Program-made: the position numbers and the translations under genes
Notes under the pieces: model-generated
Seen by the model: the letters and a program-made list of their open reading frames with translations, nothing else
Told to the model about the DNA's origin: nothing
Database searches by the model: none
Origin: an uncultured Chloroflexia bacterium
GTDB lineage: Bacteria; Chloroflexota; UBA6077; JACCZL01
Assembly (NCBI GenBank): GCA_963765765.1
Contig: CAVXYC010000027.1
Span: forward strand, 32,001 to 96,000
Direction of reading: 5' to 3'
DNA: 64,000 bases
In this document: positions 10,421-20,176 of the stretch, piece by piece
Position numbering within the stretch: the stretch's first letter is position 1
Layout of the letters: each line of letters begins with the position of its first letter

Positions 10421-10486
10421 TGACTCCTCCGGCCACGGCCAGGCCGCCCCGCAGGAAATCGCGCCGGGGAGTGGACTGGAACGAGG

Positions 10487-11491
10487 TCACTGGATCAGCT
10501 CGGTCGCCTCGGCCAGGATCGACTGAGGGATCGTCAGACCCAGCACCTGGGCGGTCGTGAGGTTGATCACCAGATCAAATTTCTCCGGCCGCTCCACCGG
10601 TAGCTCCGCTGGATTGGCGCCCTTCAGAATCTTGTCCACATAGATCGCAGCGCGTCGCTCCTGGGCGGGGCGATTTGCCCCGTAGGCGATCAGTCCGCCG
10701 GCCGCCACAAATTGAGGAGTTGACATCATCGGCAACCGATGCGCACGCGCCAGTCCGCCGACACGCGCCACGTTGCTATTCAGCACGAGATTGTCCAGCA
10801 GGGTGAGCGCATCCACTCGCTCCTGCACCGCACGCTCGAACGCGCCCTCGATGTCGGCGGGCTCACGCACCTCCAGCGGCACCAGCGTCAGCCCCAGGCG
10901 GCCAGCCGCGGTTTCCGCTATCTGCAGCTCGCCGGCCTGGTTGTCAGGGTGCCAGATAACACCCACGCGTGACACCGACGGAAGTGTCGTTCGCAGGACT
11001 TCCAACCGCTTCCCAATCAGCTCGCGGGCGATGCTGGTCTGTCCGGTGACGTTTCCTCCTGGCCGCGCAAGACTGGCCACAAAACCGTCCTCCATCGGCA
11101 TGCCGGTCTGTGCCATCACGATGGGGATGGTGCTGGTGGCACGCATCGACTCCCGGATAGGGCCGGCCCCGGAGGCCACCAGCACGTCGACGGGCATGCC
11201 CACGAGCGCGGCGGCCAGCTCGGGGAGGCGATCGACCTGCCCATCGGCGGGTCGCCGCCACTCCACGGTGATCGTGCTGCCCTCGACGTAACCCAGCTCT
11301 GCCAGGCCCTCCCGAAAGGCGTCGGCCCATTCCTGTCCGCCAGCCCACAGGTAGCCGATACGAGGTGTCCGAACCGCCTGCTGCGACCGTGGCGATAACA
11401 GCCCGCAGCCGGCCAGCAGACCCAGGCCGGCCGCCGACAGGCCACCCCCGAGGAAGCGGCGACGCGTCCTGGAGTGTCCGAGTCGCGTCAT
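10487..11491 (-). CDS. ABC substrate-binding lipoprotein, COG2984/ABC_sub_bind family (intact copy)
   Basis: RRRFL Tat motif plus LAGC lipobox; SLARPGGNVTG, YVDKILKGANPAELPVE, LVINLTTA. Confidence 0.92.
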   Translation of the reverse strand: MTRLGHSRTRRRFLGGGLSAAGLGLLAGCGLLSPRSQQAVRTPRIGYLWAGGQEWADAFREGLAELGYVEGSTITVEWRRPADGQVDRLPELAAALVGMPVDVLVASGAGPIRESMRATSTIPIVMAQTGMPMEDGFVASLARPGGNVTGQTSIARELIGKRLEVLRTTLPSVSRVGVIWHPDNQAGELQIAETAAGRLGLTLVPLEVREPADIEGAFERAVQERVDALTLLDNLVLNSNVARVGGLARAHRLPMMSTPQFVAAGGLIAYGANRPAQERRAAIYVDKILKGANPAELPVERPEKFDLVINLTTAQVLGLTIPQSILAEATELIQ

Positions 11492-11786
11492 TTGGCGCTA
11501 GTGTACGCCCGCGGGACTAACGGCGCTATGGATTGGTCTTCTGCGAAGAAGGCACCAGCAACGCCGATGGCCGATTGCACACTGCTGATGGAAGGCAGCG
11601 TATGCAGAAGCTACTGGGCAAATCGCAGAGTTGACAGCCAGACCGACCGCTGCCACACTGGCACGCAACGTCGACTGACGGCGCATCTGCCAGGAGCACG
11701 ATGCCAGGGTTGACTCAGCCATTCGTCCGTAAACATCAACCGCTGCGCGCGAAGCCCCATGGATGCTTCAAGAAAGGATCGTCGAA

Positions 11787-12979
11787 ATGAGATGCAAGCC
11801 CTCGTCTCTACTGCCGCCTCTCGGCGCCGCTATCCTTCTCCTGGCTGCCTGTGCGCCCCCCGCCGCGCCGGCCCCAAAGGCGCCGGCGGTGGCGCCAACC
11901 AGTCCGGCCAAGTCTGAGGCCGCGCCCGCGAAGCCCACGAGCGCTCCGGCTCAGCCGAAGAGTGAGCCGACCCCCGAGCAGCCCGTAGCGACGAACTCCT
12001 CGCGCGCGCTCGCCGATGCGAAGGGAAAGTACTACGAGGCGGCTAAGCAGGAGGGAAAGCTGGTGGTGTACGGGACCACCCTGTCGCCGGCGCTCTTTGA
12101 CCCGGTAAAGGAAGCCTTCAACAATCTCTTTCCCGGCATCGACATCCGAGCAGAGGAGCAGACCGGAAATATCAGCCGCGAGAAGATCATCGCCGAGCAG
12201 CTCGCCAAGAGCTACGTTGTGGATATCGCATTCACCGGGTTCTCCACCACGCGCGACCTGATCGACGCCGGCCTCGTGGTGCCCTACGAGTCGCCGCAGG
12301 CGTCGGCCCTCATTCCCGAGTTCGTGCTGCCCGGCGGCCTGGTCAACCCGCGAAACGCCAGCCTGCTTAGCGTCACCGTCAACACCAACCTGGTACCACC
12401 AGACCAGGAGCCGAAGGTATGGAACGACATCCTCGACCCTAAGTGGAAGGGGAAGCTGGCCACCCAGGACCCGCGCCAGCCGGGCGGGGGTGGTCAAATC
12501 ATCTCCGGCTTGGCCCTGGTCTACGGCTTTGAGTTCCTGCAGCAGCTCAAGACGCAGGAGGTTTTCTTCGGACGGGGCCGGGGCCGCTGTGGAACGGCCT
12601 GATCCGCGGCGAGTACGCCATGTTCCTCTCTGCGAACCATGCGGACGCCGTGTCGCATCGCAAGAGCGGAGCCCCCATAAAGTTCCTGAAGATGCAGGAC
12701 GGCGTGTCGTGGACCTACAACAGCATGCTGAACATTGCAAACCAGCCGCACCCCAACGCCGCGCGGCTGTTCATAGAGTGGGTGCTATCCGAGGAGGGTC
12801 AGCTCGTAATGTCGACCCAGGGATTCGGCGCGGTTCGTAAAGGCGTCCGGGCGGTCGAGCCGGAGGCCAGTATGGACGGCGTGACGTTCCTGCCCCGAGA
12901 CAACACTGCAGAGGCGGACGCGATACTCGGCAACGACCAGGAGCGCTCCGTGCGCTGGGACACTCTCTTCTTCAAGTAG
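11787..12979 (+). CDS. Extracellular solute-binding lipoprotein (Fe3+/thiamine cluster), one frameshift near 12570
   Basis: LAAC lipobox, ILDPKWKGK; continues in a second frame as ...GEYAMFLS...PHPNAARLFIEWVLS to the stop at 12979. Confidence 0.8.
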
Positions 12980-13098
12980 CGCATTTGGCTCGTTGCGGAG
13001 TGGATGCGACCGGTTCGTGGTGCGCCATTCTAAAAAGTCGAAATAGCGTCACGAGAAATAGAGCGGTGCACCTATCGGCACGAACGTCATCATGGTGG

Positions 13099-13290
13099 TC
13101 AAGCCGATGACGGACGCAAGCGCGCCGCACAGCGCCGGGCCCGATAGACTGTCCGCAGGTAGCCGATAGAAGGTGTCCGAACCGCCTGCTGCGACCGTGG
13201 CGATACCAGCCCGCAGCCGGCCAGCAAGCCAGCCGCCGCCAGACTGCCTCGCAGGAAATCGCGCCTGCGTACGTCGCGGAGCTCAGTCAT
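13099..13290 (-). pseudogene. COG2984 binding-protein N-terminal remnant
   Basis: RRRDFLRG...LAGCGLVSPRSQQAVRTPSIGYL nearly identical to the N-terminus of the 10487-11491 copy; homology then stops. Confidence 0.75.
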
Positions 13291-13360
13291 TGTGCTAAGC
13301 CTGCTTGCCTTCCTCCCGAGCAGCACGCGTGGGACCGAGATCGCTCCTTGAGCTCCCTAT

Positions 13361-13804
13361 CTAGCGTGCTTCGGCGCCCACGCCGGCTGGCTGGACATCA
13401 CTCGCTATCGAGGCGTAACTGCGGATCTCGACCTGGTTGTTATCGGGATCACGGAATTTGATCGAGATGGCCTCACCACGGGCTCCCCAGTTTCGGTGCG
13501 GGTCTGACTCGAGGGCGATCCCGTGTTTCTTGAGTTCCGCCACGCATGAGTCCATGTCATCATCCGTAGAGAGACAGAAGTGGTTCACATTGGGCGAGCC
13601 ACTCGGCGGCGCCTGACCGTCTTTGACCCTGGCAAGATCGATAATGGTGGTCTCATTCAGGCGGACCGAGGGAAATCCGTTCTTCCCGGCGCGCCACGAC
13701 TCCACCCGCTCAGGGGACAGTCCGAGCACCTCGGTGTAGAACTTGAGTGAGCGCTCGACATCTCGAACGTTAAGGACTAGGTGGTCCATACCGGTTAGGC
13801 GCAT
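13361..13804 (-). CDS. VOC/glyoxalase family protein
   Basis: MDHLVLNVRDVERSLKFYTEVLG, NHFCL, FRDPDNNQVEI; GGAGG RBS. Confidence 0.9.
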   Translation of the reverse strand: MRLTGMDHLVLNVRDVERSLKFYTEVLGLSPERVESWRAGKNGFPSVRLNETTIIDLARVKDGQAPPSGSPNVNHFCLSTDDDMDSCVAELKKHGIALESDPHRNWGARGEAISIKFRDPDNNQVEIRSYASIASDVQPAGVGAEAR

Positions 13805-13971
13805 TGGACACTCCTCCCGTGAGAATCGCGTCACCATTGTAGCGGCCGGCGGCTGGACAGGCGTTGCCCCTAGCATCATAGATTCTCACCGGAGCGATCC
13901 CAAGCGCGGGAAGCCCGTCTCGCCCACCATCAGTCAATCCGGCTACCCAGACGACGCTTGTTCCCTGTGTT

Positions 13972-13999
13972 TGTTCCGATAACGCCCACTATCGGAAGG
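13972..13999 (+). repeat. dif/Xer-like recombination site candidate A
   Basis: TGTTCCGATAA-CGCCCA-CTATCGGAAGG, 11-6-11 inverted arms. Confidence 0.6.
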
Positions 14000-14160
14000 G
14001 GCACAAACAAGGGAGACGTGAGGAACTTCCCGACGTAGTCCAAGAGCGAGCAGCATCGCGAGGATGATCGGGATGCCGGAGAACTCAAAGAACTTAGGGT
14101 GCTGACGAGTTCCGATACGTTCCGGCAATCATGGGGGCGTCCGGCGCGTTCCGCGCCTAT

Positions 14161-15151
14161 CTACTGGATGACCTCGGTCGCCTGGGCCAGGACCGACTGC
14201 GGGATGGTCAGCCCAAGCCCCTGTGCGGTCTTGAGGTTGATCACGAAGTCGAACGTCGTGGGCTGCTCGACGGGCATATCGGCCGGGTTGGCGCCCTTGA
14301 GGATCCTGTCCACGTAGGCAGCGGCGCGTCGGTAGATCTCGGCGAAGTTCGGCCCGTAGGTCGCGAGCCCGCCCACATCGGTGAACTCGCGATGTTCGTA
14401 GAGCGCGGGCAGCCGATGCTGCGCCGCCAGTTCGACGACCCGAGTAGGGTAACTGAGGGCGGGGCTGCCCGATGGCACCAGCAGCGCGTCGGCGCCCCAG
14501 TCGACCGCCGCCGCGAAGGCGCCGGCGAAATCGTCGGCCGTCCGCGCCGGCAGCAGCCGCACCTGCTGCCCCAGGACCTGGGCCGCCGCCTCGAAGTTCG
14601 CCAGCCGCGGCCCTGTCGCTGGAGTGTCGGGGTTGGCCAGGATGGCGACGCGGGAGGCCGTGGGGACCACCCCCTTCAGCCGCTCCATCCGCTTCATGTC
14701 GGTGCTATCGCCGAGGGTGCTCAAACCGGTGACGTTCCCGCCCGGCCGCGCGAGACTGGCGACCAGGCCGCTCCCGACCGGGTCGGGGACCGCGACGGCA
14801 ACCATGGGGATGGTGCTGGTGGCCTGCTTGGCGGCAAGGCTCGATTGGCCGCCTATCGTCACGAGGACATCGGGCCGCAGGTCGACCAGCTCGCTCGCCA
14901 GCCCGGGAAGACGCTCGTTCTGGCCCTCGGAGAAGCGGTACTCGATGTGGATGTTCTGCCCTGGCTCGTAGCCGTGCTCGCGCAGCCCACGGAGGAAGTC
15001 CTCGCGGATGACGGCGGCCAGGAAGCCGATTCGCGGCATCCTGGCCGTCCCCGTGACTCGGCGCCGACACGACCCCGCAGCCGGCGAGCAGGCCGAGGCC
15101 GGTGAGGCCGAGGCCAGCGCGCAGGAAGTCGCGACGACTCCACGGGTCCAT
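14161..15151 (-). CDS. COG2984 ABC substrate-binding lipoprotein, frameshift near 15060
   Basis: Signal peptide MDPWSRRDFLRAG...LAGC in one frame; mature domain (MPRIGFL...SLARPGGNVTG...QATEVIQ) in another. Confidence 0.82.
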
Positions 15152-15158
15152 GGCAGCC

Positions 15159-15187
15159 AGTATAGACCTGGCCCGCTTAGCCGACAA
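15159..15187 (-). promoter_or_regulatory. Leaderless-type sigma70 promoter
   Basis: TTGTCG-17 bp-TATACT, 7 nt before ATG 15151; a near-identical copy lies at 16411-16439. Confidence 0.65.
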
Positions 15188-15291
15188 TCGAACCATTCAC
15201 CCACCGCGGTCGGCGATCGGCCAGACAACGGAGCCAATCCAGAGAAGGATCTCTCACGCCCCTCCCGGCGCACGCTCCGCGTTTTGAAAGA

Positions 15292-15320
15292 GGGTCCGAT
15301 AACCCCCCATTATCGGCCCG
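15292..15320 (+). repeat. dif/Xer-like recombination site candidate B
   Basis: GGGTCCGATAA-CCCCCCA-TTATCGGCCCG (7-nt spacer, possibly a homopolymer indel). Confidence 0.6.
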
Positions 15321-15376
15321 TCCCTGCCTAGGGTCTCAGCGCAAAGAGGGGAGATTGATCCGAGCGAGCTCACTCG

Positions 15377-16403
15377 CTACTGGATCAGCTCGGTGGCCCG
15401 GAGCAGGACCGACTGGGGGACGGTGATCCCGAGCTCTCGGGCCATCCTGGAGATTCACCACGACCGGAAGCGTGGTCGGCAGCTCGATCGGCAGGTCGCC
15501 CGGTCTAGCGCCTTTGAGGATCCGGTCGACGTAATAGGCCGCCCGCCGGGCGAGCCCGGGCGAGTCAATGCCGTGTGCCAGCAGGCCGCCGTTGGCGGCG
15601 AAGAGCCGATTCTCCGCCACAGCCGGCAGCCCGGACTTCAACACCGCGCCGCCGATGCGGGGATCGGTCCCCCCACCGATGACGCCGCCCGGACAGCACG
15701 ACAGAGACCGCTCCGCCCCCCCGCCCTGGCCGTCGACGAGCACCGCCGAGAAGCTGGTCGAGGTGGGGCATCTCATACCAGCGCGAGCTGGAAGCCCCAG
15801 AGGATTGGGCGGCGCGCTCCACCTCTCGAGTTGCCCCTGCTGGGCGGTCGGGTTCCCGGCCCGATCCTCGCACTGCCGCCAGGCGGGAGATGCGTGGGCA
15901 CGGTCTCATGGAGCAGCTCGACCCACTTGCCGAGCGTTTCACCGGCGTTCGTCGCCACGCCGGTGATGTTGCCCTCGGGGCGGGCCATGTTTTTCACCGA
16001 GCCCGTTTCCTACGACGTTCGTACCGGCGGTCACGATCGGAATGGTCGAGGTCGCCCGGCTGGCGGCGACGGACCGCGGGGCTGCCCGCTGACGACGATG
16101 ACCTCGACCGGCAGAGCCGACCAGCTCGGCCGCCAGGGCCGGAAGGCGCTCGAAGTCCAGTTCGGCGTCGCGGCGCTCGATCAGGACGTGCTGGCCCTCG
16201 ACGTAGCCGAGGTCCGCGGAGCCCCTCGTGGAACGCATCGAAGTAGACCTCTGGGGGTTAGCGCCGGAGGTCCAGGTAACCGATGCGGCGCGGGCGCCGG
16301 CGCCCGGCCCTGCGATGGGAGCACCCCGCAGCCGGCGCAGCAGGCCGAGGCTGGTCAGGCCCAGGCTGGCACGCAGGAAGTCTCGACGATTCCACGGGTC
16401 CAT
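15377..16403 (-). pseudogene. COG2984 ABC substrate-binding protein, multiple frameshifts
   Basis: Fragments in several frames: MDPWNRRDFLRAS, LGYVEGQHV, NMARPEGNITG, YYVDRILKGARPGDLPIE. Confidence 0.8.
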
Positions 16404-16700
16404 GACAGCCAGTATAGACCTGGCGGCCTTAGCCCACAATCGAACCATTCACCATATCCCCAGCCGCCGATGCATGCCCCTCGAGCAGCGGGCTGAGGAC
16501 CTCTACCGGTGCGACCCCACCGTATTTGCAGGGCGCTTCCGGGTCGACCGGACCGCCGCGTCGTTCGACGCCTTCGTGTACCTGGCCGTGATCGTCATCT
16601 GCATCCGGAGAGCCATGCGTGCCCAAGCATCGGGCATCGAGGATGATTGTTTACCGCCAAGGCCTAGCGCGCACGGTCAGGCCCCGGATAGTTTGAAACA

Positions 16701-16728
16701 GGGTCCGATAACCCCCATTGTCAGAACC
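16701..16728 (+). repeat. dif/Xer-like recombination site candidate C
   Basis: GGGTCCGATAA-CCCCCA-TTGTCAGAACC; preceded by tttgaaa, as site B is. Confidence 0.6.
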
Positions 16729-16924
16729 AGAGGGCCGCGAGCCTGACTACAGAGAGTCACAGTGTTTTGGTTCCAGATAGCCGCCGCGCCTTACACCCGC
16801 CAAAGGAAGGAATCCTGGAGACGGCACGTATATTGGCGAAGTGCACGCGCTGTGGTCGGTCAAACGCGCGCGAGCCCGGGAACCTCTAGCGCCGTCAGCT
16901 TCACGGGCGTACACTAGCGCCATC

Positions 16925-17949
16925 ATGACGCCACTCGGACCATCGAGCACCCGTCGCCGCTTCCTGAGGGGTGGCCTGTCCATGGCCGGCCTCGGTCTGC
17001 TGGCCGGCTGCGGGCTGCTCCCTCCCCAGGCCCCAACGTCCGAGCGGGTGCGCCTGATCGGGGTCCTCGGCGACGCGCCTGGCGGGCGTTGGGACGCGTT
17101 CTTGGATGGACTGCGGGAGCTGGGCTGGGTCGAGGGCCGGAACCTCGCCGTGGAGTCCCGCTGGGCCGAGGGAGACTCCCAACGGTACCGGGCGCTCGCG
17201 ACCGAGCTCGTCGAGCGGAAGGTCGAGCTGATTGTAGTGGGGACGTCGGAGGCCAGCCTCGCCGCCAAGCAGGCGACCGCCACCGTCCCGCTCGTGGCGA
17301 TCCTGGTCAGCGGGGAGGCAATCGAGATCGGGCTCGTCGACAACATCGCGCGGCCCGGCGGGAACATCACTGGGACGGCCGGCATAAGCGGGCCGCAACT
17401 GGTAGGCAAGCAGCTTCAACTCTTGAAGGAAGCGGTCCCGCACGCCTCCCGTGTAGCCGTGCTCCGCCCAGGCAGCGCAGAGGACCTTCGGCTTCGGATG
17501 CGCGCGCGTGCGGGCGCTCCAGGAGGCCGCGCCCGGCCTCGGGGTACACCTTCACGTGGTCGCCATGCCGAACATCAGCGGCCTCGACGACGCGTTCGCG
17601 GCCATGTCCACAGCCGGCGCTGATGCCGTCAAGATTCTCCGCAACCCAGTTCGACTCTGCGTGGGGACGCATCGCCGAGTTAGCGCTCCAGTATCGGCTG
17701 CCGTCGATCGCGGAATATCCGGAGTTCGCTCGGGCGGGAGGCTTGCTGTCCTATGGCTCGAGTCGAGCCGAGGTCTACCGGAGTGCAGCACCGTACGTGG
17801 ACAAAATCCTGCGAGGCGCCCGCCCTGGCGACCTGCCGATGGAGCGGCCCACGGACTTCGACTTCGTGATCAATCTCGGAACAGCGCAGGCCCTGGGGCT
17901 GACCATCCCGCAGTCCATCCTGCCGCAGGCCACCGAAGTCATCCAGTAG
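16925..17949 (+). pseudogene. COG2984 ABC substrate-binding protein, frameshifted
   Basis: TRRRFL/LAGC signal, NIARPGGNITG; C-terminus YVDKILRGARPGDLPME...QATEVIQ in another frame; shifts near 17500 and 17650. Confidence 0.8.
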
Positions 17950-17989
17950 CAGACCGGCGAGCACCCCGGCCGATGGTTCCTTCGAAGCA

Positions 17990-18016
17990 AGTTCCGGTAA
18001 CCGCATCATCCGCCCT
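17990..18016 (+). repeat. Degenerate dif/Xer-like site candidate D
   Basis: AGTTCCGGTAA-CCGCA-TCATCCGCCCT, lying between two binding-protein paralogs. Confidence 0.4.
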
Positions 18017-18164
18017 AGTACACGGATGACGGGTGAGGTCGCTCGGAGCGAAGTCCTACGTAGCGCCCGATCGGCCTGCGCGCTATGCTGGGTATTCGTC
18101 GCGGGCTGTGCAGCCGGTGAGCCCGCCCAAGCTCTGAACGGGAGGACCTGTGCTGCAGGCCAAC

Positions 18165-19180
18165 ATGATGCGCCAGCGGTTTGCACCGACTCGTCGCGCC
18201 TTCCTGCGGGGCGGCCTGGCTGTGGCGGGCCTGGGCCTGCTCTCGGGGTGCGCGGCGGCATCGCCGATCGGCCCGCAGCGTCAGGCGCGGCTACCCCGTA
18301 TCGGCTACCTGTGGAGCGGCGAACAGGAATGGGCCGACGGCTTTCGGGAGGGCCTGGCGGACCTGGGCTACGTTGAGGGCAGGACTATCATCGTCGAGTG
18401 GCGACCCGCCGATGGGCAGGTCGAACGCTCCCCGGGCTGGCCGCCGAGCTGGTGGGCCTGCCCGTCGACGTGCTCGTGGCCTCCGGGGCCAGCCCATCCG
18501 GGCCGCGATGCGCGCCACCAGCACCATCCCGATCGTGATGGCATGAGACGAACGACCCGGTGGACGGAGGGCTTTGTGGCCAGCCTGGCACGGCCGGGAG
18601 GCAACGTCACCGGGCAGACCAGCATCTCCCGCGAGCTGATCTGGGAAGCGGTTGGAAGTTCTGCGAACGGCACTCCCGTCCGTGTCGCGGGTAGGCGTGA
18701 TCTGGAACCCTGATCTCGCCGACCAGGCCGGCGAGGTGCTGGAGGTGGAGGCCGCGGCCGGCCCCCTGGGGCTGGAGCTGTGCCGCTGGAGGTGCGTGAT
18801 TCCGCCGACCTCGAGGGCGCGTTCGAGCGAGCGGTGCATGAGCGGGTGGATGCGCTGTCCCTGGTGGACAATCTCGTGCTGGCGAGCAATGTGGCGCGGG
18901 TCGGCGGGCTGGCGCTCACGCACCGGTTGCCGATGAGCTCGGCCGCTCCGCGATATGGTGGCGGCCGGCGGACTGATCGCCTACGGCGCAAATCGCCCCG
19001 CCCTGTAGCGCCGCGCGGCCAGCTACGTGGACAGGATTCTGAAGGGCGCCAATCCCGCGGAGATGCCAGTGGAGCGGCCGGACGAAATTTGACCTGGTGA
19101 TCAACCTCGGAACGCGCAGGCGCTGGGCTCTGACGATTCCGCCGTCGGTCCTGGCCCAGGCAACCGAGATCATCCAGTAG
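18165..19180 (+). pseudogene. COG2984 ABC substrate-binding protein, multiple frameshifts; close paralog of 10487-11491
   Basis: PRIGYLWSGEQEWADGFREGLADLGYVEG, EGAFERAVHERVDAL; ends QATEIIQ followed by stop. Confidence 0.8.
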
Positions 19181-19245
19181 GTACTTGGCCCCATCAGCGC
19201 CCAAGCGCCCAGTACGGGGTGGGAGCGAGCTATCCGGACATCACT

Positions 19246-19272
19246 CGTTCCGATAATCCCCATTGCGGAACG
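19246..19272 (+). repeat. dif/Xer-like recombination site candidate E
   Basis: CGTTCCGATAA-TCCCCA-TTGCGGAACG (right arm one base short). Confidence 0.55.
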
Positions 19273-19450
19273 AAGGTTTCAGGCCCTCTGCTCCACGACT
19301 AAATAACGCTTACTGTCAACCCCGCGGCTAATATCATCGCGCACGCTCCGAGAACATGAGTCTCGGTGTATCGTGGGAGAAGGCGAGACGACCGGCCAAT
19401 CGCGTGGTCTGGCCTTTCACTTTGGCACCAACCTGGACGCAGATGAGCAT

Positions 19451-19876
19451 ATGACCCAGACCGACCCCGCGTGGGAAACCTTCTTTCGCAACTATGGCGC
19501 CGATGCTCTGGGAGCCGCGCCAGAGCGGATTGCCGCCTTCTATGCCGAGAGTTTCATCGCCGCTGGGCCTCGAGGCAGCGCGGTTTTCAGGAATGACGAA
19601 CAGTTTATCGATTGGCTGATGCAGTTGCATCAGTTCAACGAGAGCATCGGCATGACCGCGATGATGGTCGTGTCCATCAATGACTCAAAACCGTTGAGCG
19701 GCCGGCACCAGCTCGTAACGGTTGAATGGGGGGCGCGTTTCGAGAAGACAGGTGAACGACTCGTCACCTTTCAGATCAGCTACCTTCTCGAGCGCTCAGG
19801 CGAAGCCTGGAAGATCATCGCGTACATCTCAGAGAAGGATCAGGAAGAAGAGATGCAGGCGCTGGGATTACTCTGA
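19451..19876 (+). CDS. Hypothetical protein, NTF2/SnoaL-like fold
   Basis: IAAFYAESFIAAGP, VTVEWGARF, ISYLL...WKIIAYIS pattern typical of NTF2-like proteins. Confidence 0.7.
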   Translation: MTQTDPAWETFFRNYGADALGAAPERIAAFYAESFIAAGPRGSAVFRNDEQFIDWLMQLHQFNESIGMTAMMVVSINDSKPLSGRHQLVTVEWGARFEKTGERLVTFQISYLLERSGEAWKIIAYISEKDQEEEMQALGLL

Positions 19877-19923
19877 CGAAGCAGCGACCAGTCCCGGATT
19901 ATTCACCGGCAACCCTCGGCCGC

Positions 19924-20052
19924 CCTGTCATCCTGACGAAGGAAGGATCTGAACGGACATTGGCAACCATCCGACTGAGAGCGCAGCACCGTGTTTCCAA
20001 CGGCGCCGTCCGTCGATGTCCGTTCAGATCCTTCCTTCGTCAGGATGACAGG
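19924..20052. repeat. REPIN-like element with perfect 37-bp inverted arms
   Basis: cctgtcatcctgacgaaggaaggatctgaacggacat and its exact reverse complement at 20016-20052. Confidence 0.85.
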
Positions 20053-20176
20053 CACTCTGATGCGTAGGGCAGTAACCGGTGGTCGAGCCACATCGCGATT
20101 CAGCATCAGAAACAAGAAGCCCGGAGCTCGCTCGCTCCGGGCTTTCGTCCGTAGGGACGCTGAAAGTCCTGAGACG

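Noticed and set aside
14131-15105. Long antisense or alternate-frame ORFs (for example 14131-15105, 15393-16496, 54085-55356)
   Set aside because: They are shadows of GC-rich real genes, with low-complexity R/G/P composition and no motifs.
13972-19272. CRISPR array or classical integron attC array
   Set aside because: Repeats are about 1.3 kb apart and no cas genes are present. The sites lack attC RYYYAAC/GTTRRRY ends and long bulged stems, and there is no intI.
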